DNA from: Parcubacteria group bacterium
Lineage (GTDB): Bacteria > Patescibacteriota > Minisyncoccia > Moranbacterales > UBA2206
DNA length: 64,000 nt
Direction: 5' to 3'
Assembly: GCA_041661275.1 (NCBI GenBank)
Contig: JBAZUU010000002.1
Coordinates: 137,148-201,147, forward strand
Below, piece after piece: positions 27,171 to 37,348 of this stretch (position 1 is its first letter; each line of letters starts with the position of its first letter). The position numbers and the translations under genes were made by a program. The notes beneath the pieces are model-generated. The model worked only from the letters and a program-made list of their open reading frames with translations. It ran no database searches and was not told the DNA's origin.

Positions 27171-29519
27171 TTAATTTTGCAATATTTTCTCACTGGAAAC
27201 AATTTTTACGAAATTATTCGGCCGGCCTCCGATTTCCAACTTATAATCATAAGAGTCTTGCGAATAAATATTATTCACTGCTTCTGACATTTTGTCTCCG
27301 GAAACTATCTTTCCGGCAGTCATTTTTGACGTTCTTGATTCCCGTCCCGAAGAGACGACGAAGAAGTCTATTTTTTCCGGCTGGCTGAAATCAAACCCGC
27401 TCGTGCAAGCTCCCGCGAAAAAAGAGCAAACACCTTTCTTGTCGGTCCATACGACCAAATTTTTTGCATCAGGCAATTTATTGAGATAATCAGCCGCTTC
27501 ATAGCTTCCGTCTCCCATATCTTTCAAATTCAAGACATATTGATTGGGCAGGAAGTCTGACGCGTAGCTGAAATAGAACGGTCTGATCGAATTAAGACTA
27601 TATATACTGATAATAAGAACGCCCAAATAGACAAAGCCGGGAATGAGGTATTTTTTGATCTGCTCGATGTTTATGAATTGGCTGATTCCGATGGCCGAAA
27701 GAATCATGGCCAAAGGATAAAGAATAATCTGGTATCTGACGGTAGCGCTTACGCCTTCGACCGTTGAAGCCAGATAATAAAAAAGGATAAAAAGTGTGAT
27801 ATAGGTGAACCAGATGGTTGCTTCTTTATTTTTTTTCCCGGGAAAAATATTGGACAGGCTGGAAAAAAACATTGCCAAAAAAGCGAGAGGCGTGAGGCCA
27901 AAAACCAGAGAATAGAAATTGGCCAGCATAAGACCTAAAAATCCTCCAAAATCTTTGGAAGATTTGGGAGAGGCCAGGATTGATTCCAAATCATAAAACT
28001 TCATTCCCGAATAAGTATTGATGATGGTCAGAATAATCAGGGCGGCGAATGACAGATTGAAAATTATGATAAACACCAGTCTGTATCTGGACAAAAAATC
28101 AGTGGCGGTTGATATAAATTTATTTTTGAAAATGAATATGTGCGCCATTATCAAACCGATGATTCCGAGGAAGGCCGGCCAAATAGAAATAAAAGCTTTG
28201 GACATAATGGTTCCTTCCAGGACCCTATTGATATCGACCCAGGCGGCCGGAAGAAGCAGAAAAAAAGTCATGAGAGATAAAAAGATCAGTATAAAATAGT
28301 CGGCAAAAGCTTTTTTAAAATAATTCGCGGCGCTTGAATTTTCGTATTTTGACCGGTTTATGACGTATTCAAGAAAAATAAGCCCGAAGAAGAAAACATA
28401 CATAATATTGGCCACGTATTTCGTGAGGACGGCCAGCCCTAAAAATATTCCCGTGAGATACAAATATCTATTTTCTTGATCTTTAAGATAGGCCAGATAG
28501 GCAAGAAGAGATAGCGGGGCGAATATCCAAAGAAGGCTGTCCGGATTGACGATGGTGGAAATGCCCAAAAGCAGGGGGGAAAGCCCGATCAAAACAAGAG
28601 AAACGAGCGCGACGGTTTTTCCCAGCAATTTTTTAATAAAGGAATAAAAAACCAAAAGCATCAGGCAATTGAAAAGAAGGATGGGAAACCGCAGATCAAA
28701 ATTAAGATTTCCTATGCCTATATATTCTCTCAGGGAATCTTCATTCCAACTTGCGCTTTTATAATATACCGGACTTATCCAATGCATGCCGACTCCTGAA
28801 ATTATGGCGGTGGTTATGCCCGGTTTGTCGCTGACCATAGTTTTCCAGAATTCTCCGTCGGCCACATTAGTCCAAAATTTAGGGATGCGGTCATGAGTCC
28901 AAAGCGGCTCATCAACAGCGGCAAATTCGGCCAAATGATAGCTTCCGAATCCCAAATTGACGATTATCACAGAAAGTATTATCAGTGTAGTCAGAGTTTT
29001 CCTCTTTTTGAGCCAAAGCGACATTTTTTCAAAAAAAGAAGGGCTTTTGGGCGCGGGCAGTTCTTTTCCGTTTTTTTCTTTTCCAAAATCTCTGAAAAAG
29101 TCTCCCGGTTTTTTATATTTTTTATATTTGAATAAAAAGTAAAAGCAAACCAATATGAGATATAGCCCTATAAAAGGGCGAAGTGTGTAGGTGAAAACGC
29201 TTTTGTCATAGCCAATCTTGTTGAAAACATATCCATAAAAAAGAACCAGCTCCATAGGAAGAAGAGTCAAAAATATTCTTTTTAGTAGGTAACTTGAACC
29301 GATCGGATTTCTAAGGATATAAACCAAAATGGCCATGGAACCAAAGATAGCGAAAAAATATATATAGCCGATTTTTCCTACACCTATCACTTGAAAAAAG
29401 TTGGCGCGATGAAGCTTTAGATACATATAGAGGAAAGTGTTTGCGGCAAAAACGAGAGAGATGAAAATCAGCAAGCAATTTTCCAGATTGAAGAATTTTT
29501 TAATCTTCGAATAATCCAT
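27171..29519 (-). CDS. GT-C (PMT-like) membrane glycosyltransferase
   Basis: VDEPLW, DKPG, NPD, LTKY, VRY; more than 13 TM helices. Confidence 0.8.
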   Translation of the reverse strand: MDYSKIKKFFNLENCLLIFISLVFAANTFLYMYLKLHRANFFQVIGVGKIGYIYFFAIFGSMAILVYILRNPIGSSYLLKRIFLTLLPMELVLFYGYVFNKIGYDKSVFTYTLRPFIGLYLILVCFYFLFKYKKYKKPGDFFRDFGKEKNGKELPAPKSPSFFEKMSLWLKKRKTLTTLIILSVIIVNLGFGSYHLAEFAAVDEPLWTHDRIPKFWTNVADGEFWKTMVSDKPGITTAIISGVGMHWISPVYYKSASWNEDSLREYIGIGNLNFDLRFPILLFNCLMLLVFYSFIKKLLGKTVALVSLVLIGLSPLLLGISTIVNPDSLLWIFAPLSLLAYLAYLKDQENRYLYLTGIFLGLAVLTKYVANIMYVFFFGLIFLEYVINRSKYENSSAANYFKKAFADYFILIFLSLMTFFLLLPAAWVDINRVLEGTIMSKAFISIWPAFLGIIGLIMAHIFIFKNKFISTATDFLSRYRLVFIIIFNLSFAALIILTIINTYSGMKFYDLESILASPKSSKDFGGFLGLMLANFYSLVFGLTPLAFLAMFFSSLSNIFPGKKNKEATIWFTYITLFILFYYLASTVEGVSATVRYQIILYPLAMILSAIGISQFINIEQIKKYLIPGFVYLGVLIISIYSLNSIRPFYFSYASDFLPNQYVLNLKDMGDGSYEAADYLNKLPDAKNLVVWTDKKGVCSFFAGACTSGFDFSQPEKIDFFVVSSGRESRTSKMTAGKIVSGDKMSEAVNNIYSQDSYDYKLEIGGRPNNFVKIVSSEKILQN

Positions 29520-29611
29520 AGTTTTAGTCCATTACGTTTAGTTATTGCTAAAATACTCAAAATACCCTAAAATTTAAAATAGCCTACAGAATATATTGTA
29601 CAGGCAAACTT

Positions 29612-31402
29612 ATGAAAAATAAAGCCTTGGGTTTCATCAGGCAAAATCGATTGCCTATCATTTTTCTAGCAATATTTCTTTTGGGCGCTTTTCTGCGCGC
29701 CTACCATTTCTCCGACTGGTTGCATTTTGAGCTGGATCAGTCGCGAGACGCTAAGGTCATCGACCTGGCTATAGTCGAAGGGCCGTCCAATTTGCCGCTT
29801 CTCGGACCCAAGGCGGCCGGAACATTTTTGCGCTTGGGACCGGCTTTTTATTATTTCAAATATTTAAGCGCTTTGGTTTTCGGCGATACTCCGGCGGGAG
29901 TGGCGATGATAGTTATGCTTTTTGGAGTTTTGGCTATCCCGATCTTCTATCTTTTCGCGAAAAGGTATTTTGGCAGTAAACTTTCGCTCGGTATTACTTT
30001 TATTTTTTCCGTTTCCCTGTATCTTGTGATGTATTCCCGTTTTTCCTGGAATCCCAATCCTTTGCCGCTCTTCACTTTGCTCACTTTCTATTCTCTTTTG
30101 AGAACGGTGGATAAAAATGAAAAAAGACAAGGTCTTTGGCTGATGGCCACGGCGTTGTTTTTAGCTATCGCCACCCAGATGCATTTTTTGGCTTTTGTGG
30201 CAGTGCCGGCCATAACATTTCTTTTTTTAGTCTATAAAAGGCCGCGGATAAAACTAAAGTATTGGCTTGGAGCGGTAGCGATAGCAGTCTTTTTGTATGT
30301 TCCGGCCATAATCAACGATATTGAAACCGGCGGTGATAATATTGGCCAATTTTTGGAAGTAGCCCAGGGTAAGTCGGGGAAAAGCGACCATGACCTGATA
30401 GAGAAGAGCATAAAAAGCTATAACGAAAATGCCTTGGGATACGCGACAGTAATATTCGGCCTGGAAAAAAGAGAACTTCCCCGGGTCATTTTTGAAAAAA
30501 GCAAATTGTTTAGTTCTATTTGTGATGATGGCTGTAAGAACGAATTAGGAGGGGGAATTTTTGCGCTTTTGTTTTTCACTCTGGGAATAATACTGCTTAT
30601 CATAAACATCAAAAAAGAAAAAGACCCTCAAAAAAAAGATTTTTTGGTTCTGACTTCTTTCTGGTTTTTTGTAGTTTTGGGACTTTATGTCCCTATATCT
30701 TATGACATTTCGCCCCGCTTTTTCCTCTTGGTGGCGGCCATTCCGTTTATTTTTTTGGGATTAATGCTGAAATCTCTGAAAAGTCTTATGAAAAACAAAA
30801 AAATAAACATGGTCATCGTATCGGTTGTAATTTTGGCGGTTGCCGGATATAATTTACAGAAAATAAAACAGCGCTTCTGGCAACTGGGAAATGCGTCTGG
30901 CGCGTCATTTAAAGTGGAAACAGACAGAATTCTCAAAGAAAAAACAAGAGTGACTCTGGAACAGCAGGAAAAAATAATCAGCTATGTATTATTCACCCAG
31001 AAAAAAAACGGTTTTCCGGTCTATCTCAATAGCGATCCGGAATACAGAAGATCGTTTCTATTCCATCTGGATCAGAATAATATCCCAAGAGACGATTTTC
31101 GCAACGCGACCAATAGCGGGAAAGTTTATGAACATGGGAATTATTTTTTGATCTATCCGACCCTTTCCAACTGGAAGAAAGATTTGAAAAAATATTCGGC
31201 CAATTTTGACCTGCAAAACCAAAAAGAATTCGGGACGCTAACTCTTTTTGAACTCAAGCCAAAGCCGGAAGCTATAAACGCGACAGAACAAGATTTTGCT
31301 CCAAAGGGAAAAGCAAAGAACCAATCCGGCACGCCGGTGAGATACAAATGGGAAGAGATTTTCAATGATAGCGCCAGCGATGAAAACGCCACGAATAATT
31401 AA
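29612..31402 (+). CDS. GT-C membrane glycosyltransferase (ArnT/PMT-like)
   Basis: FLRAYHFSDWLHFELDQSRDA...PLLGP; SRFSWNPN. Confidence 0.85.
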   Translation: MKNKALGFIRQNRLPIIFLAIFLLGAFLRAYHFSDWLHFELDQSRDAKVIDLAIVEGPSNLPLLGPKAAGTFLRLGPAFYYFKYLSALVFGDTPAGVAMIVMLFGVLAIPIFYLFAKRYFGSKLSLGITFIFSVSLYLVMYSRFSWNPNPLPLFTLLTFYSLLRTVDKNEKRQGLWLMATALFLAIATQMHFLAFVAVPAITFLFLVYKRPRIKLKYWLGAVAIAVFLYVPAIINDIETGGDNIGQFLEVAQGKSGKSDHDLIEKSIKSYNENALGYATVIFGLEKRELPRVIFEKSKLFSSICDDGCKNELGGGIFALLFFTLGIILLIINIKKEKDPQKKDFLVLTSFWFFVVLGLYVPISYDISPRFFLLVAAIPFIFLGLMLKSLKSLMKNKKINMVIVSVVILAVAGYNLQKIKQRFWQLGNASGASFKVETDRILKEKTRVTLEQQEKIISYVLFTQKKNGFPVYLNSDPEYRRSFLFHLDQNNIPRDDFRNATNSGKVYEHGNYFLIYPTLSNWKKDLKKYSANFDLQNQKEFGTLTLFELKPKPEAINATEQDFAPKGKAKNQSGTPVRYKWEEIFNDSASDENATNN

Positions 31403-31415
31403 ATTTTTATAAAAT

Positions 31416-32948
31416 ATGAATTTAACAAAAAAGAATACGATATCAATACTGATAGCGATAGTATTAATCGGCGCTTTTCTTAGATTATATAATCTCGGCG
31501 CCACATCTTTTGTGGCTGATGAATTTTTGGACATCAACTCTTCCATGGCCTATGCCAAAACGGGGACATGGCAGAATTGGGATTTTAACTTCGGAAAAAT
31601 TAACACCGAGAATGAATTTGCCGCAAGAGATGAGCGAGCTTGGCCGTATAAATGGCAAGTAGCGCAAGTTTTGAAATTGTCCAAACCTGCGGAATCTACT
31701 GCTAGAACCGTGAGTGTCCTTTGGGGCATCATTTCCATAATTCTCATCTATTATGTCGCCACATATTTCACCAAAAAGAAAGAAATCGGACTCATAGCCG
31801 CCTTTCTTTTTGCTGTTTCTATGACGGGGATAATTTTTGATCGGCGACTGCGGATGTATTCCATGTTTTTTCCAATGTATTTGGCTTTTTCCTGGATGAC
31901 CTTCCGGTTTTTGGAAGAAGAATACAAGGGAAAAATAAAATTAGTAAAATTCTTCTATGACAAATGGAAAATCAATTTAATTTATGCGATCCCAGTCGTC
32001 GTTTTAGGAGCGATAAGCATTCTGACTCACCAGCTAACGGCTAATATTATTTTTGTTATTCTTTTTTATGCGGCTTTTCAACTCTATGGCGAGAAAAAGC
32101 GGTCCAGCCTGTATAATAAATATTTTCTGATTATTATTGCTCTAGTAGCCGGCTATATAGTCGCGGCTATATTTTTTTCCAAGAACTTGGCGGCCTATAC
32201 GGCTGGATTAGGAATGACTAATCACGCTACTTATATCATAAAAGTATTTGCCGATTATTCTCATTGGATTATTGCTGCTTTAATTTTAGGATATGGGATT
32301 TGGTGGTTATATAAAAAAGCTTCTTTACCCAAGGAATCTTTATGGTTGTCGGTATCTTTTTTGGGAGTATTGTTGTTGGCGTCTTTTTTTTGGAACAGGA
32401 ATGTTGGTGAACAATATATATTTTTTATAGAATCATTCGGAATAATTCTGATTGCTTCAGGGATTTATGCTACTTCTGAATTTTTTGGCCGGAATTTGAG
32501 TCAATATGGCAAACGCGCGCTATATGTGCCTATAATACTGGCACTTCTCATTCTTCCTAATTGGGCTTATTTTTTTGAAGATTCTAATACTTATAAACAA
32601 ACTTCCGATTCATCTTCTGCCAATTATAAAAAAATATTCTACTATTTTAATAAAGCTCGAAAGCCAGACGATGTCCTCATCACTCGCAATTTCCGCAATT
32701 TTTATTGGGCGGGAGATAAAGTAAGAGTTTATGATTTTGGCGGAGAACTTTCCAAAACTAAATTGTCTGTTGACGACATCAAAAAAATCCAATCTGAAAA
32801 TGTTTCCGGATGGCTTATTATTTCCGACAACGACACGGATTATATTGCCAACGACGCGATGGATTATGTTTCCAAAAATCTGGAAAAAGTAAGCAATACT
32901 TATGTTCGGGGGCAAGTAAGTGTGTATCGATGGGGGAATCAGCAGTAA
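31416..32948 (+). CDS. GT-C (PMT_2-like) membrane glycosyltransferase
   Basis: LRLYNLG...ADE, ARTVS, RMY, THQ. Confidence 0.82.
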   Translation: MNLTKKNTISILIAIVLIGAFLRLYNLGATSFVADEFLDINSSMAYAKTGTWQNWDFNFGKINTENEFAARDERAWPYKWQVAQVLKLSKPAESTARTVSVLWGIISIILIYYVATYFTKKKEIGLIAAFLFAVSMTGIIFDRRLRMYSMFFPMYLAFSWMTFRFLEEEYKGKIKLVKFFYDKWKINLIYAIPVVVLGAISILTHQLTANIIFVILFYAAFQLYGEKKRSSLYNKYFLIIIALVAGYIVAAIFFSKNLAAYTAGLGMTNHATYIIKVFADYSHWIIAALILGYGIWWLYKKASLPKESLWLSVSFLGVLLLASFFWNRNVGEQYIFFIESFGIILIASGIYATSEFFGRNLSQYGKRALYVPIILALLILPNWAYFFEDSNTYKQTSDSSSANYKKIFYYFNKARKPDDVLITRNFRNFYWAGDKVRVYDFGGELSKTKLSVDDIKKIQSENVSGWLIISDNDTDYIANDAMDYVSKNLEKVSNTYVRGQVSVYRWGNQQ

Positions 32949-32957
32949 ATATTTTTT

Positions 32958-33569
32958 ATGCAGCACATATTCGATCTGGTTGCGTCAGCTTTTGTGGCTC
33001 TTGGGATATATAAATACGCCTTTCTTTTTGTGATGGCTTTGATTGAGGGCCCAATCATTATGACGGCTACCGGCTTTCTTCTTCATTTTGGCCAATTTGA
33101 TTTGCTCGGAGCCTATATGGCATTGACGCTCGGAGATCTGGCCGGGGATTTTTGCTGGTATGGTTTAGGATATATTGCCGGAAAAAGAATGGCTATAAAA
33201 TTCGGAAAATATTTTAGTCTTGATGAAAAAACAATAAACAGGATCGAAAAAATCTTTCACAGGCATCACGAAAAAATTATTTTCATATCAAAAATTACGA
33301 TGGGATTCGGATTTTCTCTGGCCACGCTCATTACTGCCGGAGTAGCCAGAGTTTCGCTCAAAAAATTCGGTTTCTATAATCTTTTGGGCGGTTTCATCTG
33401 GACTGGACTTATTATGGGATTGGGGTATGCTTTGGGAAGCGCGTACACGGTCATAAACGAGGGTTTTAGGGTGGTATTTGTCGTCGCCTCGATTATAACG
33501 ATTATGGCCGCGCTTTATGGCATACAAAGGTTTATCCGAGCTAAATTTTCTAATAACAATGGATTATGA
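32958..33569 (+). CDS. DedA-family membrane protein
   Basis: IEGP, GDLAGDFCWYGLG, AG...F...N. Confidence 0.88.
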   Translation: MQHIFDLVASAFVALGIYKYAFLFVMALIEGPIIMTATGFLLHFGQFDLLGAYMALTLGDLAGDFCWYGLGYIAGKRMAIKFGKYFSLDEKTINRIEKIFHRHHEKIIFISKITMGFGFSLATLITAGVARVSLKKFGFYNLLGGFIWTGLIMGLGYALGSAYTVINEGFRVVFVVASIITIMAALYGIQRFIRAKFSNNNGL

Positions 33570-34291
33570 TATCAATTATCGTTCCCACACTCAATGAGGA
33601 AAAAATTATCGAAGACACTCTCAAAAATCTCAAAAAAATAACTGTTGTGCCAACGGAGCTCATAGTAACGGATGGAAAAAGTACGGACAGGACAGCAGAG
33701 ATTGCCAGAAAATATGCAGACGAGGTGATCGTGCATACCGGAGAAACCAGACAAAATATTCCGAAAGGAAAAAACGCGGGAGCAGCCGCAGCCCAGGGAA
33801 AATACCTGATGTTTTTTGACGCCGATTGTTCCATTCCCGATCCGAATGCTTTTGTGAAAAGAGTATTTGACGAATTTGAACGTAATGAAAAATTGCTGGG
33901 AGCCACCGCGAAATTGAAAATTCTCAAAGAAAATGAAACGCTGACTGACAAAATATTTTCCGCGCTATTCATCAATTGGCCGCACTATCTTTTTAACAAC
34001 ATATTAAGTCATGGCAGTTCCTCGGGGGAGTTCCAGTTTATAAGGCGCGAGTATTTTGAAAAACTCAATGGTTATGACGAAAACTTGTCACTCGGGGAAG
34101 ACAATGAATTCTTTTGGAGACTGGCGAAACTCGGTAAAACTAAGTTTTTTAATGATCTCACCGTTTTTCATACCGGTCGAAGATTCCACAGCGTAGGTTG
34201 GGCTAAAATTCTTTGGAAATGGACAGTCAATTTGGTTTATATGAAATTTTTCAAAAAATCCAATCATGAAGAATGGACGCCCATAAGATAA
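33566..34291 (+). CDS. GT2 glycosyltransferase
   Basis: SIIVPTLNEE, DGKSTD, FDAD, GED. Confidence 0.9.
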   Translation: MISIIVPTLNEEKIIEDTLKNLKKITVVPTELIVTDGKSTDRTAEIARKYADEVIVHTGETRQNIPKGKNAGAAAAQGKYLMFFDADCSIPDPNAFVKRVFDEFERNEKLLGATAKLKILKENETLTDKIFSALFINWPHYLFNNILSHGSSSGEFQFIRREYFEKLNGYDENLSLGEDNEFFWRLAKLGKTKFFNDLTVFHTGRRFHSVGWAKILWKWTVNLVYMKFFKKSNHEEWTPIR

Positions 34292-34295
34292 TTAT

Positions 34296-35054
34296 ATGAA
34301 AATATCCTTTGTCATTCCGGCCTGGAATGAAGAAAAATATATAGCCCAATCTCTTGAATCGATAATAGAGCGGGCAAAATATACATCGCATGAGGTGGAG
34401 ATTATTGCTGTCAACAATGCCAGCGTGGATAAGACTCGAGATATAATCCTTCAGTATTCCGAGGTGATATTGGTAGATGAACCCAAAAAAGGCTTGCCGC
34501 AAGCCAGGCAGGCCGGGTTTTTGGCGTCTACTGGCGATATTATCGCCAATATGGATGCCGATTCAATTCTGCCTCCGAAATGGATCGGAAGAGCGGTATA
34601 TGAATTTTCGAAAGATGAAAAGCTGGTGGCACTTTCGGGGCCTTATAGATTTTATGATATGCCGGGAATTATTAATTTTTCGGCCAACATTTTTTATTTC
34701 CCTGGATATCTCATTCATCTTTTCAATCACCATATTCTAGGCAAAGGCGCTATGCTTCAAGGAGGGAACTTTGTGCTCAGACGCTCGGCACTGGAGTCAA
34801 TCGGCGGATTTGATGTCAATATAAAATTTTATGGGGAAGATACGGATATTGCCCGGCGTATTTCCAAAGCGGGAAAGGTTAAATTTTCTCACAATTTTAT
34901 CATGACTACTTCCGGAAGACGGCTAAAAAAAGAAGGATTGTTTACTACGTTGGGAAGATATGTCATCAATCATTTGTGGATACTGCTATTCAAAAAGCCT
35001 CTCACAAAAAACTATGCCTATGTAGGCGATGAAAAAGCGGAGAATAGAAAATAA
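34296..35054 (+). CDS. GT2 glycosyltransferase
   Basis: SFVIPAWNEE, DAD, GGNF, GEDTD, SGRR. Confidence 0.9.
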   Translation: MKISFVIPAWNEEKYIAQSLESIIERAKYTSHEVEIIAVNNASVDKTRDIILQYSEVILVDEPKKGLPQARQAGFLASTGDIIANMDADSILPPKWIGRAVYEFSKDEKLVALSGPYRFYDMPGIINFSANIFYFPGYLIHLFNHHILGKGAMLQGGNFVLRRSALESIGGFDVNIKFYGEDTDIARRISKAGKVKFSHNFIMTTSGRRLKKEGLFTTLGRYVINHLWILLFKKPLTKNYAYVGDEKAENRK

Positions 35055-35062
35055 TATAATTT

Positions 35063-36595
35063 CTAGGCCGCCGGTTCATTACCGGAAAATTCTTCTTCGA
35101 TTTCTTCTGTTTTTTTACGGCTGACAAGTTTTTGGATGACAGCGATGTCATCCTTTTTGATTTCTTTCAAAAGATAAAGGATGAAAAGATATAGAGCGAA
35201 TAATATCGCTGACCAGAGGATAAAAATGAGCTCGCCGCGATTGAAAAGAAATGACGCGGCGTACATGATGGCGCCGGCAGCCGCCATTTTCAGAAAGCTT
35301 TTTATTTTTATCGTGACACCAAAATCCTTCCAAATATAGTAGAGCATAATAAAAGTGATAAATGCGGAAGTGATGGAGGTGGCGATGGCGGAACCGGTAA
35401 TGCCGTAACGTTTGATGAATATATAATTTAAGATCGTGTTTATAACAAGGCCAACGGATGACAAAACCATGGGAATTTTTACTTTTCCTGCGCCGCTCAT
35501 GACAAAACAGAAGACATAATAGATGGTCAAGAATCCGACGCCCCAGACCAAAATAGACATAGGGGTTGCCGCATCGATATAGATGTGGCTATAAAATAAT
35601 CTGATCAAGGGTCTTGCGAAGACACTCATTAGAATTACCGAGGGAATCAGAAGCATCAGCATCAATCTTAGGGATTGCTCAATAATTTTGGAGGTTTCTT
35701 TGTGGTTGTTTTCTGATGTTGTTTTGGAAACAACAGGAAGAAGAACCACGGTGAGAGCGTAGAAAATATAATAGGGGATGCGGCCGATAGTGAGTGAAGC
35801 ATTATATATTCCTGTTAGATAGTCATCGCGCAGGATTCCTTTAACTAAATACAGATCGATACTGATAAGAAGTTCATAGGCTAAAAAGAATATGACAATC
35901 TGCCAGGCGTAGTTAACTAGTTTTCGCCAGTCAAATGTCGGCTCCGGTAGAGATGCAAAATTTTGCGTCTCTACGTTTGCCTGTAATTTTTTTGAGATTT
36001 TAAATTTATCAATGCCGACAGCGACAAGGAAGACCAAAAAAGCAGCGGCGGAATACCCCATTACTGATCCGGGAACGCGGAAAAAATATGCCAGGCCGAT
36101 TATGGTAATAATTTTAAAGATAGAGCGTAGTGTTTTCAGGACGGACTGGATATTGAACTCGTGAAGTCCGGTGTAATAGGAGAAATAGAACGAAGCGGCG
36201 GCAAAGGCCGGAATGATAAGTGAGGAGAGCTGGAATAGGGGAGTGAGCGTTGGATCGTTCAAAATTCTGGCGATGAGCGGCGCGGACAGGAAAAAGATGA
36301 CAGTTATTGCGCCGATGACGATGCTTTGAAGAATAATAGCTTGCCTTTTAATGACGCCAACCAATCTTGGATTACATTCAAAACATTCACTCAAATATTT
36401 ACTCATGGCGGTCGGAATGCCATTGCCAATCAGGATGATGACCATTGTTGTCATGGTGATAACGAGGCCATACCGTCCATAATCAGAGGGACCCAACATC
36501 CGTCCGACGACAGAGTGGATAACAAAACCGGAGACATTGAAAATTATCTCCGAAACCGTAACCCAGAATGTTGATTTAGCGAGACTAGGCGACAT
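35063..36595 (-). CDS. Wzx/MOP-family oligosaccharide flippase
   Basis: RMLGPSDYG, GIYNAS, YGITGSAIATS; about 14 TM helices. Confidence 0.88.
   Translation of the reverse strand: MSPSLAKSTFWVTVSEIIFNVSGFVIHSVVGRMLGPSDYGRYGLVITMTTMVIILIGNGIPTAMSKYLSECFECNPRLVGVIKRQAIILQSIVIGAITVIFFLSAPLIARILNDPTLTPLFQLSSLIIPAFAAASFYFSYYTGLHEFNIQSVLKTLRSIFKIITIIGLAYFFRVPGSVMGYSAAAFLVFLVAVGIDKFKISKKLQANVETQNFASLPEPTFDWRKLVNYAWQIVIFFLAYELLISIDLYLVKGILRDDYLTGIYNASLTIGRIPYYIFYALTVVLLPVVSKTTSENNHKETSKIIEQSLRLMLMLLIPSVILMSVFARPLIRLFYSHIYIDAATPMSILVWGVGFLTIYYVFCFVMSGAGKVKIPMVLSSVGLVINTILNYIFIKRYGITGSAIATSITSAFITFIMLYYIWKDFGVTIKIKSFLKMAAAGAIMYAASFLFNRGELIFILWSAILFALYLFILYLLKEIKKDDIAVIQKLVSRKKTEEIEEEFSGNEPAA
35947..35974. 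repeat. GTAG-type REP-like palindrome in frame within the flippase gene
   Basis: gtagagatgcaaaattttgcgtctctac; encodes VETQNFASL. Confidence 0.85.
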
Positions 36596-37154
36596 AATTT
36601 TTTATCTCTTCAAAAATAACATCTTTATTTCTGTTCCCGTTGATCATCTTCCAATTCCAATCAGTTATTTTTTCATCGTATAGTTTCTTTTTCTTTTTCA
36701 AATATTCCATTCCCTGATCAGGGGTTCTCTCGCGTTGCATTATCATCTTGGGAGAAATTTGGAGATAAATGGATAGATCTGGTTTAGGAATAGCCCTGTT
36801 ATTATGATAGTCATCTGATAGAAATTCGATATTAACAACAGTGTCATAAAAATAGCGGTCTGATACTAGATAGTCATAGCCTTCCGATTCTAGTCTTTTT
36901 AGCAATGTCTTAAAACGTCCAATATCAATTTTCAGAAACAATTTTCGTAGTTGAATGGAAATTGTTCCGGCTCTAGCGACACTTTTTGGTGCGTCTTCTT
37001 TTTTGGCAGTTTTGGCAATCTTATTAGCCATACTAAACTCCACTGCGTGGAAATAAAAAACTTTCTTGCCTTGGGACTCAAGATAATTCTTTAGTAGTTC
37101 TATTTGAGTTGATTTTCCCGAGCCATCGAGGCCGGAAATGGTGATGATTTTCAT
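36585..37154 (-). CDS. Thymidylate-kinase-like P-loop kinase
   Basis: GLDGSGKST, SDRYFYD, PKPDL; divergent (SG instead of EG before the P-loop). Confidence 0.8.
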   Translation of the reverse strand: MKIITISGLDGSGKSTQIELLKNYLESQGKKVFYFHAVEFSMANKIAKTAKKEDAPKSVARAGTISIQLRKLFLKIDIGRFKTLLKRLESEGYDYLVSDRYFYDTVVNIEFLSDDYHNNRAIPKPDLSIYLQISPKMIMQRERTPDQGMEYLKKKKKLYDEKITDWNWKMINGNRNKDVIFEEIKNYVA

Positions 37155-37168
37155 GATTTATAGCGATT

Positions 37169-37337
37169 CCTTCCTCTCCCTTCGAGAGAGGATGTCAGCC
37201 AGAATTTTAAGAAAAATTCAGGCTGACAGGGGAGGGCTCTTAATTAAATTCACTAAAATATATATTTTTTCCGTTTTCTATAGTACTCTCTCTGTCACTA
37301 TAAGAATCGTGACATCTCTCCCAAAGGGAGAGAGGGA
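37169..37337. repeat. Inverted doublet of CCTCTCCC...GGGAGAGG palindromic elements
   Basis: Units 37169-37236 and 37286-37337; same family as 41761, 57848, 62428 and 62525. Confidence 0.85.
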
Positions 37338-37348
37338 CACTTTAAATC

